A stretch of DNA of 64,000 nucleotides from positions 77,438,001 to 77,502,000 of the forward strand of contig OZ024740.1 of the NCBI GenBank assembly GCA_964016885.1, given 5' to 3'. Positions within the stretch are counted from its first letter, which is position 1. Each line of letters starts with the position of its first letter. The notes under the pieces were generated by a model. The model searched no databases. It was given only the letters and a program-made list of their open reading frames with translations, and was not told the DNA's origin. A program made the translations under genes and the position numbers. This stretch comes from Eledone cirrhosa. Taxonomy: Eukaryota. Shown here one piece after another: positions 42,801 through 56,077 of this stretch.

Positions 42801-44953
42801 GCTACCGACACGTTCAGCTTCCAGTATCCGGGTCCTTGTCTATGTATTCTATCACGGTTGACTATGCAGATGACTAGTTTGTGGTCTGAATAGGCAACCA
42901 TGTGCATTTGTGGACAGCTTAACATCTTCTTGTCCTTCTCTCTAATTAAAAGACCTATCTAAATACGATCTAGATGTCCCGCTGCTGTTTGCCCACGTCC
43001 ACTGTGGTGCAGTCGGGAAATCTAGTCGATATCTATCGGCTAGTTGGAATTGGCCGATTAGATTTTTGAGGCTGTTACACCCCCTCTCTACTGGGACATG
43101 CTCCCACATAGTCCCATCATGCATCTAGGATACCATTCCAGTCCCCCCACTAAAAGTAAGGAGCGAGACGTTCCCAGAAAAGACTCTAGACGCTTAAAGA
43201 AGTCTGGCCGCGATTGCGATTGCCCGGTCGAGGCATAAACGGCCACCAGTCTGAAGGCTCCACCTCCAATACTGTTCACGTCTAGGACTACCAGTCTACC
43301 CTCCGGGTCCAAGTGTACTTGCTGTACTACGACGTCCAGGTTTTTCCGAAACATGACAGCCACTCCCCCTCCACCTACTGGCTGACAGAGAGATGCGTAG
43401 ATCTCAAAATCATTGAAGATGGGGGTTAGTTGCTTCCTGTTGTGGGTCCTGGACTCGGTGTTGGCTATCACATCCATACCGTGTGACCTAAGGTCGTTTA
43501 AAAGTTGGCCCTGTTTCCAGGGCATCCCTAGGCCACACACATTCACGCTTCCAACTGGTAAACTAGTCATGTTGGTGGAGAAGAGTTGGCGAAAAAGGAC
43601 GAAAAGGTACACTTACCTTTTCGTTTCCTGGAGATCGGGTTGTTCAATCTCCATTTGGGTGCAAAAACATTTTAACAGGACGCAGTTGATGGGTTTCTGG
43701 GAGAGGTTGCCCACGTCCTGCGAAAATTTATTCTTCGGGTCACTATAGGTCTCCATAGAAACCTTTATAAGTTTAAGGTGTGGAGACGATTCTGCTTTAA
43801 CGAAAGTTTTGCCTTCCGTCTCTACCTTGGGGTTTTGGGAGATGACCAGACTTCCATCAAACTCTTGTTGTTTGTGTTGATGTATGCGTATTGTTGTTTG
43901 TGTTTTTGTTGTGTTGTTATTGTTTGTTGTTCGTTCGGGAGTTTTCTTTTTATGGTGGGTGCTTGTGTTTGGGGTGGTGTTGGTGTTGGTTTTGCTGGTA
44001 GGGGGATGTTTGACTGTGGTGTTGTTTGTGTTGTTGTTTGTATCTGTGGTTGTGTGTTGGTGTTGGTGATTGGAGTTTTGGGGGTTTTGTGGTGTCTCTT
44101 TTTTGTTTTGTTTTATTTCCGAGGCTCTCCTTCTTCTTCACTTAAAGAAGGAGAAGCAGCCTCATCTGTCAATGAATAATCATCGTCAGGAGTGTGGGGT
44201 AAGGGTATGTTGTCTGGTGGTGGTGTTTCGGTGTGTGTGTTTGTGGTAGTGTTTGATGGAGTGGGATGGGGTGGGCCTGTGTTCTTCAGCGGTGTTGTCT
44301 GTGTTTTTTATGTTGTTGTTGGTTGAGTGGCTATTTGTTTTTGTGTATTTGCTTGTTTCGTGTGTTGTTGTTGTGGTGGTGGTTGTTTTGGTGTTGGTGT
44401 TGGTAACAGTATTTTCTTTTGGATTGTTTTTGTTGAGCGTGTTTGTAAAGGGAAGGAGGCCTTTAGATGTGTGGTGCTATTACAACGAAAGCAATGTGGT
44501 TTTCGTCCCTCAACCGAAATGCTTATGTGGCTGTTGTTGTCCACCAGCACTTTTTCGGGTATTTTGGAGATTCTCTCCGGGCTCATTTGCACCAGAATCT
44601 CCAAATTTGTACCAGACCACATATGTCTGGTTGACTTTTTGATGGAGAGAATGGTGTCTTTTCTCTCCTCTAAAAATCCTGCAAATATCCACCAAATATT
44701 AATATTTGGTGGTATGTTTGTAACTTTGATTTTGTGTGTCCTTTTTCACAGGTATGTAGGGAAAAAAGTGTTGTTTTTTTTACAATATTGGCGTCACTGA
44801 GTATCTTTGTGCAAGGGCCTGGCTTTTGAGGAGTACTGAAATACTCCCGTACTGTTTGGCCCTCTGCATAAAGACAATGTTTGGCAATATCTCCTTCAAG
44901 GTTGCCTCAATTTCCCCTTGACTGAGGAATGCTGGTCGTTTTGTTTCATTTGA
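39897..44953 (-). mobile_element. Near full-length Tx1/L1-clade LINE (copy A): ORF1, APE endonuclease, RT, zinc finger; frameshifted
   Basis: ORF1 zinc knuckle CFRCNSTTHLKAS; APE motifs SVNVCGL, SYLDR, SDHK and GPGYWKLN; RT motifs DGLPYEFY, LDQSKAFDR and YADD. Confidence 0.92.
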
Positions 44954-44954
44954 A

Positions 44955-45530
44955 ACATATCTACCTAGTTGATGTTGTGTAAATTCCAATGGAAGAGTCT
45001 TGTGTCTATGTTAGAAACCGACTCTCCCTCTATTGGCAAAAATTTGTGAAATTATAAAACCAGAAGAACATACATGCATACATACATACATACATATTTG
45101 CATGATGCAAACTCTGCTAAGAGTTACAATCCCTTGTCAGATTATAGAGTTTGGTGCACTTTTAGGCTATCGCCAGTCACACAAACCTGTAACATATCCT
45201 GAACAAGTAATGCCTGTGCTTTGAAGATTGTTTAAGTGGGGAAAGGCCTTGCACTCGACCAATCCCACTCTCTGAGCATCGAAAACACTACCCGAAAAGG
45301 AAAACTAGTCAACATCATCGGATGCTTCCGAAGCCATAGGTGTTGTGACAACAACTGCGGGCCCTTCACTCCCAGGTGAAAAACAAAAATAAAAGAAAAG
45401 AAACTACTATTTTGATGGCCGTTGACTCTACTGAGTTCTTCCGCCCTGGGTGGCCAAATATCACCCTCCTCACCAAGTTAGCTTGGTGGGGTTGCTGGCT
45501 TAGTCGCCGACGCGCCGACCATGAGACAAT
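44955..45530. mobile_element. RLE LINE 3' UTR + (CATA)n + non-coding repeat composite
   Basis: Colinear with 17838-18262. The distal part matches 21690-21840. Confidence 0.8.
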
Positions 45531-45539
45531 TTCTCGACA

Positions 45540-45609
<70 letters not shown>

Positions 45610-45613
<4 letters not shown>

Positions 45614-45890
45614 CACACTCTCCACACCCTCTCTACTTCCATCTTCTATAAAGCCACTAACTCTCACTCCTACCTTGACTTCATCACCTCCCACCCACCT
45701 ACACCAAACTCTCTATACCCTACTCCCAATTCCTCCGTCTTCGTCACTTATGCAGAAAGGATAATGATTTCGAGATCCAATCTCAGCGCAGGCTTTTGGC
45801 TTCATCCAGCGTGGTTATCCTCCCACCGTGATTTAAGCTGCCCTTAGTCACGCCCATGATACAGACCACACCACAGCCCTCTCACCCACT
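45610..45890 (+). mobile_element. Neptune-like PLE RT-thumb fragment after (CT)n
   Basis: TSIFYKATNSHSYLDF..SHP and PYSQFLRLR; homologous to 61700-62030. Confidence 0.8.
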
Positions 45891-46093
45891 ATGACAATTC
45901 CTAGTAACCACAAATTCTTTACATTTTTCGACTCCCATAATGTTATGGTTAGCTATTCCGGTTTAGATAGAAACTGTTCTAGCGTCGCACGATCCGACAG
46001 AAAAGAATAACGAACCATACAGACCCCAGCAAATCTTTACCATATTTTCTAAGCTTATAAACACACAGGGCTGACGCATGTTATTTTTCACAG

Positions 46094-46186
46094 GAAATTG
46101 GTTTGGTGGGAGTATTTTGAAATGTTATTGCTGTTTCTCAATTAGACCACCATTGCATATAATTTTAGTCTGTCTTTTATATACAG
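46094..46186 (+). other. Candidate 93-nt host exon
   Basis: ctgac branch-like site at 46071, tttttcacag acceptor, cag|gtaaga donor, and one stop-free frame. Confidence 0.35.
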
Positions 46187-46944
46187 GTAAGAATAATTTA
46201 ATATAGATAGAGGAGTATTCATACACCTTTGCTATACAATTCCATCTGTTATTCAGACAAAATTACAAGCAGCCCCCCTCCCCATATTAGAGAACTGGTG
46301 AAAGAGGACAATTATAAAAGCATTATTCAAAGGTCTTTATAAAGAGAAAATGGTGCCATGAATTATTTTATGAAGAGAATTGTCTGAAAAAATATGAAAT
46401 TCTACCTAAAAGTATTGAAACCTTTACCATAAAGAAGAAAAGGTGAAATGTATTTTTGATACTTCAAAGGTACTTTAGAAAGCGGTGTCTCATATATAAC
46501 AACTATACCAAATGGAGAATTATATATAGAGTTGTCTGGAGCTGAATTACCACATTGGTAAGCATTTAAGCCTGTTTTCCGAAACTCACTTGTAGGTGTA
46601 AAGGCTCCATATTACAAACATCTAACGGAAAATATGATTAATAACTTTCATGATTCATTCCATTTCCTCATCTTGATAAAATTCCAGAAAACCCTTGTAA
46701 GTTCACTAAAGATCAATGTAAACATTTTTAACGAGATATATTAATGGAAGAGAGATGTCAAGTATGGTATGAGAGTTCGTTGTTCGAAATGAGAATATAA
46801 AAAATTCAAAGATGTTTGAAGAATATAGTTACGTGATTTGTTATGAAACTGAAGTAATCATTTCATAGAAGAATCATTTTAGCCGTTCAAATAGGAGATA
46901 ATCTGTTATAATCACCTTTCAATTATTTCATGGTACCAAAGTTT

Positions 46945-47030
<86 letters not shown>

Positions 47031-47794
47031 TACCTGGTCACTGACACAATTCTATTGCAATTCAGTGCAATTTTATTTTTGTTTTTTTTGTTGAAAACAC
47101 CTTTTTGTCGGGAATATTTATTTTAAACGTTTGTATGATTTTATTCACAGTTGTATAAGCAACATTAAAAATTGTTCACAGTTCTTTCAGAATGAAAATA
47201 TAAACACATATAATAAATACAATTAACTATTGCTAGGAACTTCACAAATATAACGCACCAAAATATACGATCAGAGCGAGAGAAAGAAAAAAGCTGGTGG
47301 AAATAAAAACAAAAACGACCATCAATTCACCACCAAGTGCGACAATCGGCTGCACATCACAAAGTCCAACGGAAATTTTTGAAGCAAGCCAATATGCTCG
47401 TTTATATTGAGTGACAATAAATTGATAACAAATTCGGAAAGACAGCTTCAAATTACAAAATACATGAATTTACTTTCATTTTTCTTTTTTAATGGGTATT
47501 GATCGTTAGAGCGGGTCTAAAAAATTGTTTTCTATTAGTCTTTCAATAGCTGAAAATATCTCCCAGTTGCAACTCCTGGCAAAAGGAAGCAGCATTTGAA
47601 CTCAGAGTGCATAGAGCAAAATCAGATACCGTGAAGCAACTCGCTGCCTCTGGATGAAAGGTAAAGTTGACCTCGGCGGGATTTTAATTGGAGAGTAAAT
47701 AACAGAAACAAATATCAAAGGAATTATTCTGACGCTTTAACGATTCTATCAAACCGCCGGAGAATTTCATTCAAGATAATATGTAAAAAAAATC

Positions 47795-48083
47795 AGAAAG
47801 TCGCTCCAGGTAGAGTCGCCAATTTTCCAAATTGAGAGTTCACAGCTCCGATATTATGGTCAGGAAAGAATCGGTGGAGAAATTTTACGGGCAAAACCAA
47901 CCGGCAGATGACCCAGGAGTGGACACCGACCAAGATAGTTGGATAACATCCATGAGCTTGGCTGGTCCCGCTTGGGGATCCAGCCGGATCAGTTGGAGAC
48001 GGTTGCTTCTAACAGAAGTCAGTGGAAGAAGTGTTTGAGGAAACTTCTCCCACGACTTCTCAGGAATAAGTCGATGAAGAAGA
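47795..48083 (+). mobile_element. RTE LINE 3' fragment
   Basis: Homologous to 15060-15330; ends in gaagaagaa. Confidence 0.75.
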
Positions 48084-48126
<43 letters not shown>

Positions 48127-48170
48127 TATATGTATATATATATATATGTATGTATATATATATGTGTATG

Positions 48171-48262
<92 letters not shown>

Positions 48263-48408
48263 TTTTGAGTTTATGTTGGTTGTATACCAACACCTCAGTA
48301 TGCAGGCTGGAGCACTCGACGAAGTGCGCAGGTTGGTTTGGTTACTCCGGAGTAGTGTAAAATAAAGTTAAATAAAAGTCAAATGATTAAAATTTAGCTT
48401 CGTTTATT

Positions 48409-48463
48409 ACTGCTATATATATTTCAGTGACAACCATCTTTGGCTGTGACCTCTTCAGGCAGT
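48409..48463 (-). ncRNA. Hammerhead ribozyme (family I)
   Basis: Mirror image of 48694-48748. Confidence 0.85.
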
Positions 48464-48693
48464 TTGAATTAGTATGGTATAGACAAGTACATATGTTGTT
48501 TAGGTGTATGATATTGTCAATACTCTGATATGCCCAGTTCCTTGTTGGGTTGTTAATTCACTGGGGAACTGGAGTCATATGACTCCAGTTCCCCAGTGAA
48601 TTAACAACCCAACAAGGAACTGGGCATATCAGAGTATTGACAATATCATACACCTAAACAACATATGTACTTGTCTATACCATACTAATTCAA

Positions 48694-48748
48694 ACTGCCT
48701 GAAGAGGTCACAGCCAAAGATGGCTGTCACTGAAATATATATAGCAGT
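48694..48748 (+). ncRNA. Hammerhead ribozyme (family I)
   Basis: actgc CTGAAGA ggtcacagcca-aaga-tggctgtcact GAAA tatata TA gcagt. Confidence 0.9.
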
Positions 48749-48942
48749 AATAAACGAAGCTAAATTTTAATCATTTGACTTTTATTTAACTTTATTTTAT
48801 ATATATATATATATATATATTTATTAAAATAACAGATTAAAGTTTAAGCAAAGAATCGCTGCTTTCACCCTTAACGGGATCTTTGATATATATTTTCCTT
48901 ATCGAGCCCTCTCTGGATTTTAGTCTTCAATTTTATTATTAT

Positions 48943-48986
<44 letters not shown>

Positions 48987-48995
48987 GTATATATA

Positions 48996-49071
<76 letters not shown>

Positions 49072-49143
49072 TATATTTTGAGAATAAACTCTCAGTCGTT
49101 TACAATAATTAAGCTCCAGGAAGGGGCTCTTCCGAGCAGTTAA

Positions 49144-49678
49144 TACATTTAAAGTATATGATAAACACGAAATGTGTTTACATTGCAACAGACAAAGTTA
49201 GCTATTAATGAAATAAACTAATAAAAGTGAATACAATTTGTCTGTCTCGATACAAGTCAATAAAGACAAGATTATATTGGCAACGGCCATGATTCCTGGA
49301 CATATTTAAATTTCAAAATTCAAACCTGTTCTGTAGACGAATTTGAACCTCGAAACCCAAATAAGTTTCGCAACGGTGGAATGTGAATTGAAAAATAAAG
49401 AGAATCGAAATGGAATAGAAATAAAAGAGTGAAATGTCCAAATCTTCTGTGCTTATCAACAGGAATCCAGTAAGATTAGTCTATCTCACATCAAAAATTT
49501 TGCAGGTCTGACTACACGTGGGTAGGTAGGCCAAAACTAGCCGTTGCCAATATAATCTTGTCTTTATTGACTTGTATCGAGACAGACAAATTGTATTCAC
49601 TTTTATTAGTTTATTTCATTAATAGCTAACTTTGTCTGTTGCAATGTAAACACATTTCGTGTTTATCATATACTTTAA

Positions 49679-49683
<5 letters not shown>
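49144..49683. repeat. About 145-bp inverted repeat with about 250-bp spacer, in (TA)n context
   Basis: 49144-49287 is the reverse complement of 49540-49683. Confidence 0.9.
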
Positions 49684-49714
<31 letters not shown>

Positions 49715-49919
49715 GCGTGAGTGTGTAGTGTATATGATAAGAAAAACTACGCTGTTGATTTATATGTATTTAAGATGTTATTGTGTATCGACATGTTACG
49801 TGCGTTTCGCTTATGATTGGCTCGAGATCATCCATGGAAGTTATGGGCCCAACTCCTGTATAGAATATAGATACTAAACATTACACCAACAGGGTACAAA
49901 GTATGCTACAGAATAATAC

Positions 49920-50250
49920 AAACTATGAAGAAGCCAAGGATTAGAAACTCCATAAAGAGATGAAACAACTCACTGATTTACTGCACCTAATCCAAAAGTG
50001 CCTGACTGCTAAAGAACTAGACTATCTCACTAATCTTAAATATAAAACGAGCAGTCTGTATGGTTTGCCGAAATTCACAAACATAAATCAATTAATGAGA
50101 CATGCACAATGGCGAAAACCAATTGTGTTAATATACTCATACCAACTAACTTAAAACTATTATAGCACCTATTATAGCAGACCGAATTTGTGAAACACCA
50201 CTTAAGCAAGTTCTTAGACATCTTATTGAAACTTCTCCTCAAAGAAATTC
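49920..50250 (+). mobile_element. PLE RT N-terminal fragment
   Basis: LTAKELDYLT...LYGLPK, PIIA and LSKFLDILLK across frames. Confidence 0.7.
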
Positions 50251-50752
50251 TGTTTTAACAGCTGTTCTAGGGATCAGGTTTCTCATTTTTATATGTATTT
50301 AATTATACCCTTGCTTCGTCTCGATCAGAGACAACAATGTTTTTCATTTAACTTTATCATAATTATGATTAATTTTTATTTAGGTCAAACACCGCAACTT
50401 GAAGTCCATTATCCTGTGTTGCTTGTTTTATCATACACATATATCATACTAACAGAAAGATTTATTTTTATGTTGCCCGATACAGCATTCTAAAATGTTA
50501 CTCTCATTTAAATCGTGCACAACCTTTTTTCTGGTTTGAGAGCTGATGAAAGTGAAGATGTGTGTCTGAACTTGTCTTGTACATCGCCTTTCTTTATTTC
50601 CTTCTTCCAGTCACTTCTATGCGCCAACTCACTTCTCCGTGACTCTTTCAATCTTTCCTATATTTCATTCTCCTGTCATCCTCGTGGATTGTCTCTCTCT
50701 CTCAACCACAGACCCATCGCTGTCTTTGACAGCATTTGGCTGTTTTAAATAT

Positions 50753-50932
<180 letters not shown>

Positions 50933-50964
50933 CACACACACTACACACACACTACACACACACT

Positions 50965-51012
<48 letters not shown>

Positions 51013-52544
51013 CTAAAATGAGTCTTCCACTATATAATTACTTGAGTTTCAACACACAGTCTCAGTCAGATCACTTGTCAAAAAGTCTACACTACTCAGT
51101 GTAAAATCAAGTTAACGGTGGTTTTTCAATACGGATATCCAGATCCTATTCAAATTCAGATTTCAAATTAACTAAATCTCTTTCACACAATATCCCGTCA
51201 TCTCATGTTAAACGGTCTCCAACCGAAACATATATCGAGCGTAGCGTTGTATGGAGCCTCAGTGTAGTCACTTAAATGGCTAGAAATAACAGTCGGATCT
51301 CTCGCTTACCGTCTAAAAAAGAATGCTGGGATACATGTGCCTGAAAAAAAGCAAAAGACGTAATGCTCACCACAGCAATGATTTTGAATGCCGATCACGG
51401 TTGACTTGGGGCTAAATAACCACAACAACTAAAGCTATATTTCCCTTGAATGAAAAAGAGGCCATTCTTTTGTATTCTCCGAGATTGCTTTAATGAGTCT
51501 TTAATGCGTATCAAATCCGCAGAACTAGCAGGCGCCAAACACCTCTCAGGTTGCGCTACGTTTGTGCCTTTAGCTTTAGTCATTAAAATCGGAAGGAAAT
51601 CCCCACTTGGTTTCCCTCGAGGGATGTTAGACAAATCTATAAAATTGCAGGTCTTTATATACTAATTCAGAGCGAACTTCCTTTATTTTGATTTCCTATA
51701 CTAAACTGATAAGCTATATATACAATAACAAGAATAATAATAACAACAATAATGATGATGATGTTGATGATGATTATCATAATCATCATCAACATCATGA
51801 ATATTGCTAACATTAGCATATAGTTTGAATGTAATTAACTACAATACTTGTTCGTGTTAAAGACCGTTGAGAAATGAAATACAAAATCAACCACTGACAG
51901 AATTTTAACTTGAAACGAAAACGGACATAACTACACACAGCAGTATATTTTCCCGGATTTTCTGCTGATTCACACGTCGATCGCTGCTAGATTTAAACTC
52001 AGAATGTAAAGTAGGAGTTGACTCTTTGTGTTATGAGTTCAAATCACGCGGTTGTCTGCTTAATTAGTAAATTCAATCCGCCATCTGATTCAACATCGTC
52101 ATAGTGGAATCCACTCTCTTGCAAGCATTTGGGTCCGTTCTTCGTTTTAAAAATACTAGCTTCCTTCCCAGTAGTCTCGGGCACCCAGAAAAAGGCCATG
52201 GGCACTGCTCTTTCTCCGGGCTAATCAATAAAAATACTTATATGCACATATAAAGACAGGCTCATACATGAATATGAAAACACATGCACAAACATGACAT
52301 GGACAAAGTCACTTATATTACTATGTTTACTCTGATAAATTCTTTTCACTCTATCACAAAACGTCCTGTACCAAGCCCAAACTGCTATAAAAAGAAGCAC
52401 CTAATCCTTTAGCTTGTTAAAAATACCAGCTATATCACTTTAAAATCATAGGATATACAAATGAACAGATTTCAATTAGTTTGCAGAGTTATATATTTTC
52501 TTTCATGAGCTGCGAATGGCAGACGGCATCAGTAATGGTTACAC

Positions 52545-52646
52545 TAATGGAAAGACCAATGGAAACTCTAATGGAAGCTCCAATGGAAAAACTAATGGAA
52601 AGACCAATGGAAACACCAATGGAAAAAATAAAGGAAAGACCAATAG
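52545..52646. repeat. 12-bp tandem repeat (cyaatggaannn)
   Basis: About 8 copies read directly. Confidence 0.9.
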
Positions 52647-53156
52647 AAAAAAAAAAAACATTTTGTTCACTTCTTTATTCGCATCGATCTGAAAGTCGGA
52701 TCGAAAAAGAAAATATTAAAGAACATTTAAAAACTGGTTGTTTTAATTAGAAAAGTAGATTGGAATTGAAAAGGTATAAATACGGTATCCATATCAACCT
52801 CACTGGTAGAGTTTTCACAACATCATACGATAATTGCAGTTTTATGAGGTATTAATTGCATGGCTGAATGTTTCCGGGTCCTTGGTGCATTGCTGCAACA
52901 TGACGAGGAGACTGCAGTAGATATACTTATATGTAATTAACTGCTTAGAAAAAAAAAGAATATTTTCGTATGTTTTCATTACAAAGTATAACGAGTACTA
53001 ACCGGAAATTCCACAATATGAGGAGATGAAAAGATGGTTATTAACAAACTATAATTACATATATCTGTGAGTGTGTCTATTTTCTCTCTCTCTCTCACAC
53101 ACATATATATATATGTGTGTATATATATACAGTATATGTATATATATTTATATACA

Positions 53157-53222
<66 letters not shown>

Positions 53223-53223
53223 A

Positions 53224-53254
<31 letters not shown>

Positions 53255-53509
53255 GTGCATATATATATAATATATAGATAGATGGATAGATAGATATAGA
53301 TATAGATATATAAATATAATCTGAGTTTTTCGAATATTAATAATAACATTCGATTCGTTTGCAATTATGCCAAAAAAGTCTCATTTTTAAAGCCATGTCA
53401 GTAGAATGAACCCTTCATTCTTGCTCTTGTGTTGCCACATTCAAATAAAAAAGTTTTCGCTCTACATGCCCCGATGCAAACCAACATAATGATAGTAGAT
53501 TACAATAAA

Positions 53510-53700
53510 TAATTGTTTCTACTTTTGGCACAAGGCCAGCAATTACCCAGTGCATTACTGGTACTTTATTTTATCGATCCCGTAAGGATGAAAGACAAAG
53601 TTAACCTCGGCGGGATTTGAACTCAGAATGGCAAGGGCCGTAACTCTATGCGTCAAAGCATGGCATCCGACCCTCTATCGATACTGCCAATCCACCGCCC
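53510..53700 (-). mobile_element. CORE-type SINE with 13-bp TSD
   Basis: TSD tacaataaataat at 53501 and 53701. Confidence 0.9.
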
Positions 53701-54011
53701 TACAATAAATAATAATCAGAGAAACTGATTTTCTCAGTAATCATTTATAGTGAGTCAGCAATTATCATTATATATATATATATATATTGTAGCACCGAGA
53801 TATGAATTTCGATGTTAAAATCGTACTCATACCCATTCAGGGTTCTTTATTAAATCCTTTATTTTCTTGTAAGCCTCTGAGGAGTCCAACTTAGGCGTAA
53901 CATGTATAAGAGCTGCTTATAAATATATTTTAACGGCTTGCTTCTCTTTCATCAATTTCTTCGATTATATATATATATATATTTATATATACACACTATA
54001 TATATATATAT

Positions 54012-54086
<75 letters not shown>

Positions 54087-54301
54087 GGTTACACAACAGT
54101 TAGTTCACCATACCGAGAACAATTGTGTAACCACTTCTACCTAACTCGTCCCATGTACTGAGTGTTCTACCACTACGGATATTACCGTCCAGTGTTCTAC
54201 CACTATATATATATATATATGAGATGAGCGGAACAAGCAAGCATTAAACAATCTTTTAAATAAATTAAAATACGATTTAAATAATCACCTGTTCAAAATG
54301 C

Positions 54302-54376
54302 TGTTACCGACGGTTTCACTCCACAAAAGATTGGAAATTCAGAGAATTTCCAATGGAAAGATCAGTTCTTCAGACA
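54302..54376 (-). ncRNA. Hammerhead ribozyme with extended stem II (family L)
   Basis: Reverse complement: tgt CTGAAGA act...ttggaaattc-tct-gaatttccaa...agt GAAA ccg-t-cgg TA aca. Confidence 0.75.
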
Positions 54377-55037
54377 CCTATTTCCATTCTATAGGGCATA
54401 AAGCCGCACAGTTTGTAAATATATCGCTTACTGTCCGATGTATGAGGTCAGGCCGTTAAAGTGACCCACACATAAACAGGCCGTTGGTAAAAGCGGGAAT
54501 ATTATAGACTTGTTGTCTATCATGCTACTAAAAAAATAGCAGCAAGATACAACATTTTTTTTCTCTACACAGAGGGAGAATACAATTGAATATATGCATA
54601 TGTATATATATACATATGCATATATATGTATAGATGTACATGCACATATATATATATAGCCGTTAAAATATATTTATAAGAAGCTCTTATACATGTTACG
54701 CCCAAGTTGGGCTCCTCAGAGGCTTACAAGAAAATAAAGGATTTAATAAAGAACCCTGAATGGGTATGAGTACGATTTTAACATCAAAATTCATATCTCG
54801 GTGCTACAATATATATATATAATGATAATTGCTGACTCACTATAAATAATTACTGAGAAAATCAGTTTCTCTGATTATTATTTATCTACTATCATTATGG
54901 TGGTTTGCATTGCGGCATACACATATCAAACTCCATACACATATGTGTGTGTGTGTGTGTGTGTGTAAAAGGAGAGAGAGGGGGTGAGAAATAGCAGCAT
55001 ATGTATCTATTAATATATAAAAAATATCCATATATAT

Positions 55038-55356
55038 ATCCTCGAGTCTCGAATAATCGCCCCACCTCGCCTCCCGCTTATTAGTCTTTCAGTTTTTTTC
55101 CACCACGCCCTTATTCCACTCTTATTCCAATCCCGTTATTTAAATTTTGATAATCTATCTCAACCGAAATTTTATTTGAATATTATAAAATAAATAGGAT
55201 GGGTTGGGGTTTCAATATGTAAACTAAACAACTCATTTTTGTTTTTAAAACCTCAACGGAGACAACCTAGAAAAATTACCGCCCCCCCCCCCCTCCCCGC
55301 CTATTCCAACTCGCTCGCTTATTCCACCCCCTCCTATTATTTGAGACTCGAGAGTA
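55038..55356. mobile_element. MITE (Tc1/mariner-pogo-like TIRs, TA flanks)
   Basis: ctcgagtctcgaataat ... attatttgagactcgag. Confidence 0.75.
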
Positions 55357-55886
55357 TACATAAATGGGAGGCCTCAAACATGCGACCCACAAACTACATT
55401 TTTATGGCCCACGGCTGAACAATTTTCATGACTAATATTTTCCTAAGCCTGATAATTTCTCCCTCACCCTTCTATACCTTTGCAACAGCAGCAGTCTTAA
55501 CCTTGACCTACCAACCCAACAGACAATCAATTTTAAGATCAACCAGGACCTGGCGATGTTTCTCCACCTGGAAGGGTAGAATGTAGTGTAATATTTCAGT
55601 CGCTTTCACTTCAAAATCAAAAGCTGAAATGTAGAAATATGCATTCAATTTAACATATATTTAAAGAATATTTTAAAAAAGAATTTTAGTGAAATCTACA
55701 TAGGCTTGATAAGAAGACCTATTGTGGCGGAGAGGTCACTGAGAATATATAAAACTATCTCACACAACAGGACATGAAGATATTTTATATTTCATATCGT
55801 GAGAAGGGTAAATTTGTCAACTCATATTGGTACACGAGATGATAGACATCACACACAAATAGAGAATCATAGAAAATATTTCAGAG

Positions 55887-56077
55887 TGGGGTGAATTGGC
55901 AGTATCGGTAGAGGTTTGAACGCCATGCTTTCTAGCATAGTTACGTCCCTTTGCAGTCTGAGTTCAAATCCCGCCGAGGTTAACTTTGCCTTTCATCCTT
56001 ACGGGGTCGATAAAATAAAGTACCAGTAATGTACTGTGTAATTGCTGGCCTTGTGCCTAAAGTAGAAACAATTATTA
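55887..56077 (+). mobile_element. CORE-type SINE
   Basis: A and B boxes plus a CORE-like segment. Confidence 0.85.

Larger units (their letters stand above)
48358..48799. repeat. 442-bp near-perfect spacerless palindrome with an HHR in each arm, plus a tail
   Basis: Centre at 48578/48579; one mismatch seen. Tail 48261-48357 is homologous to about 58680-58780. Confidence 0.95.

Noticed and set aside
44780-44989. ORF start as the true Tx1 ORF1 N-terminus
   Set aside because: The first codons come from the adjacent RLE 3' UTR copy (44955 onward).
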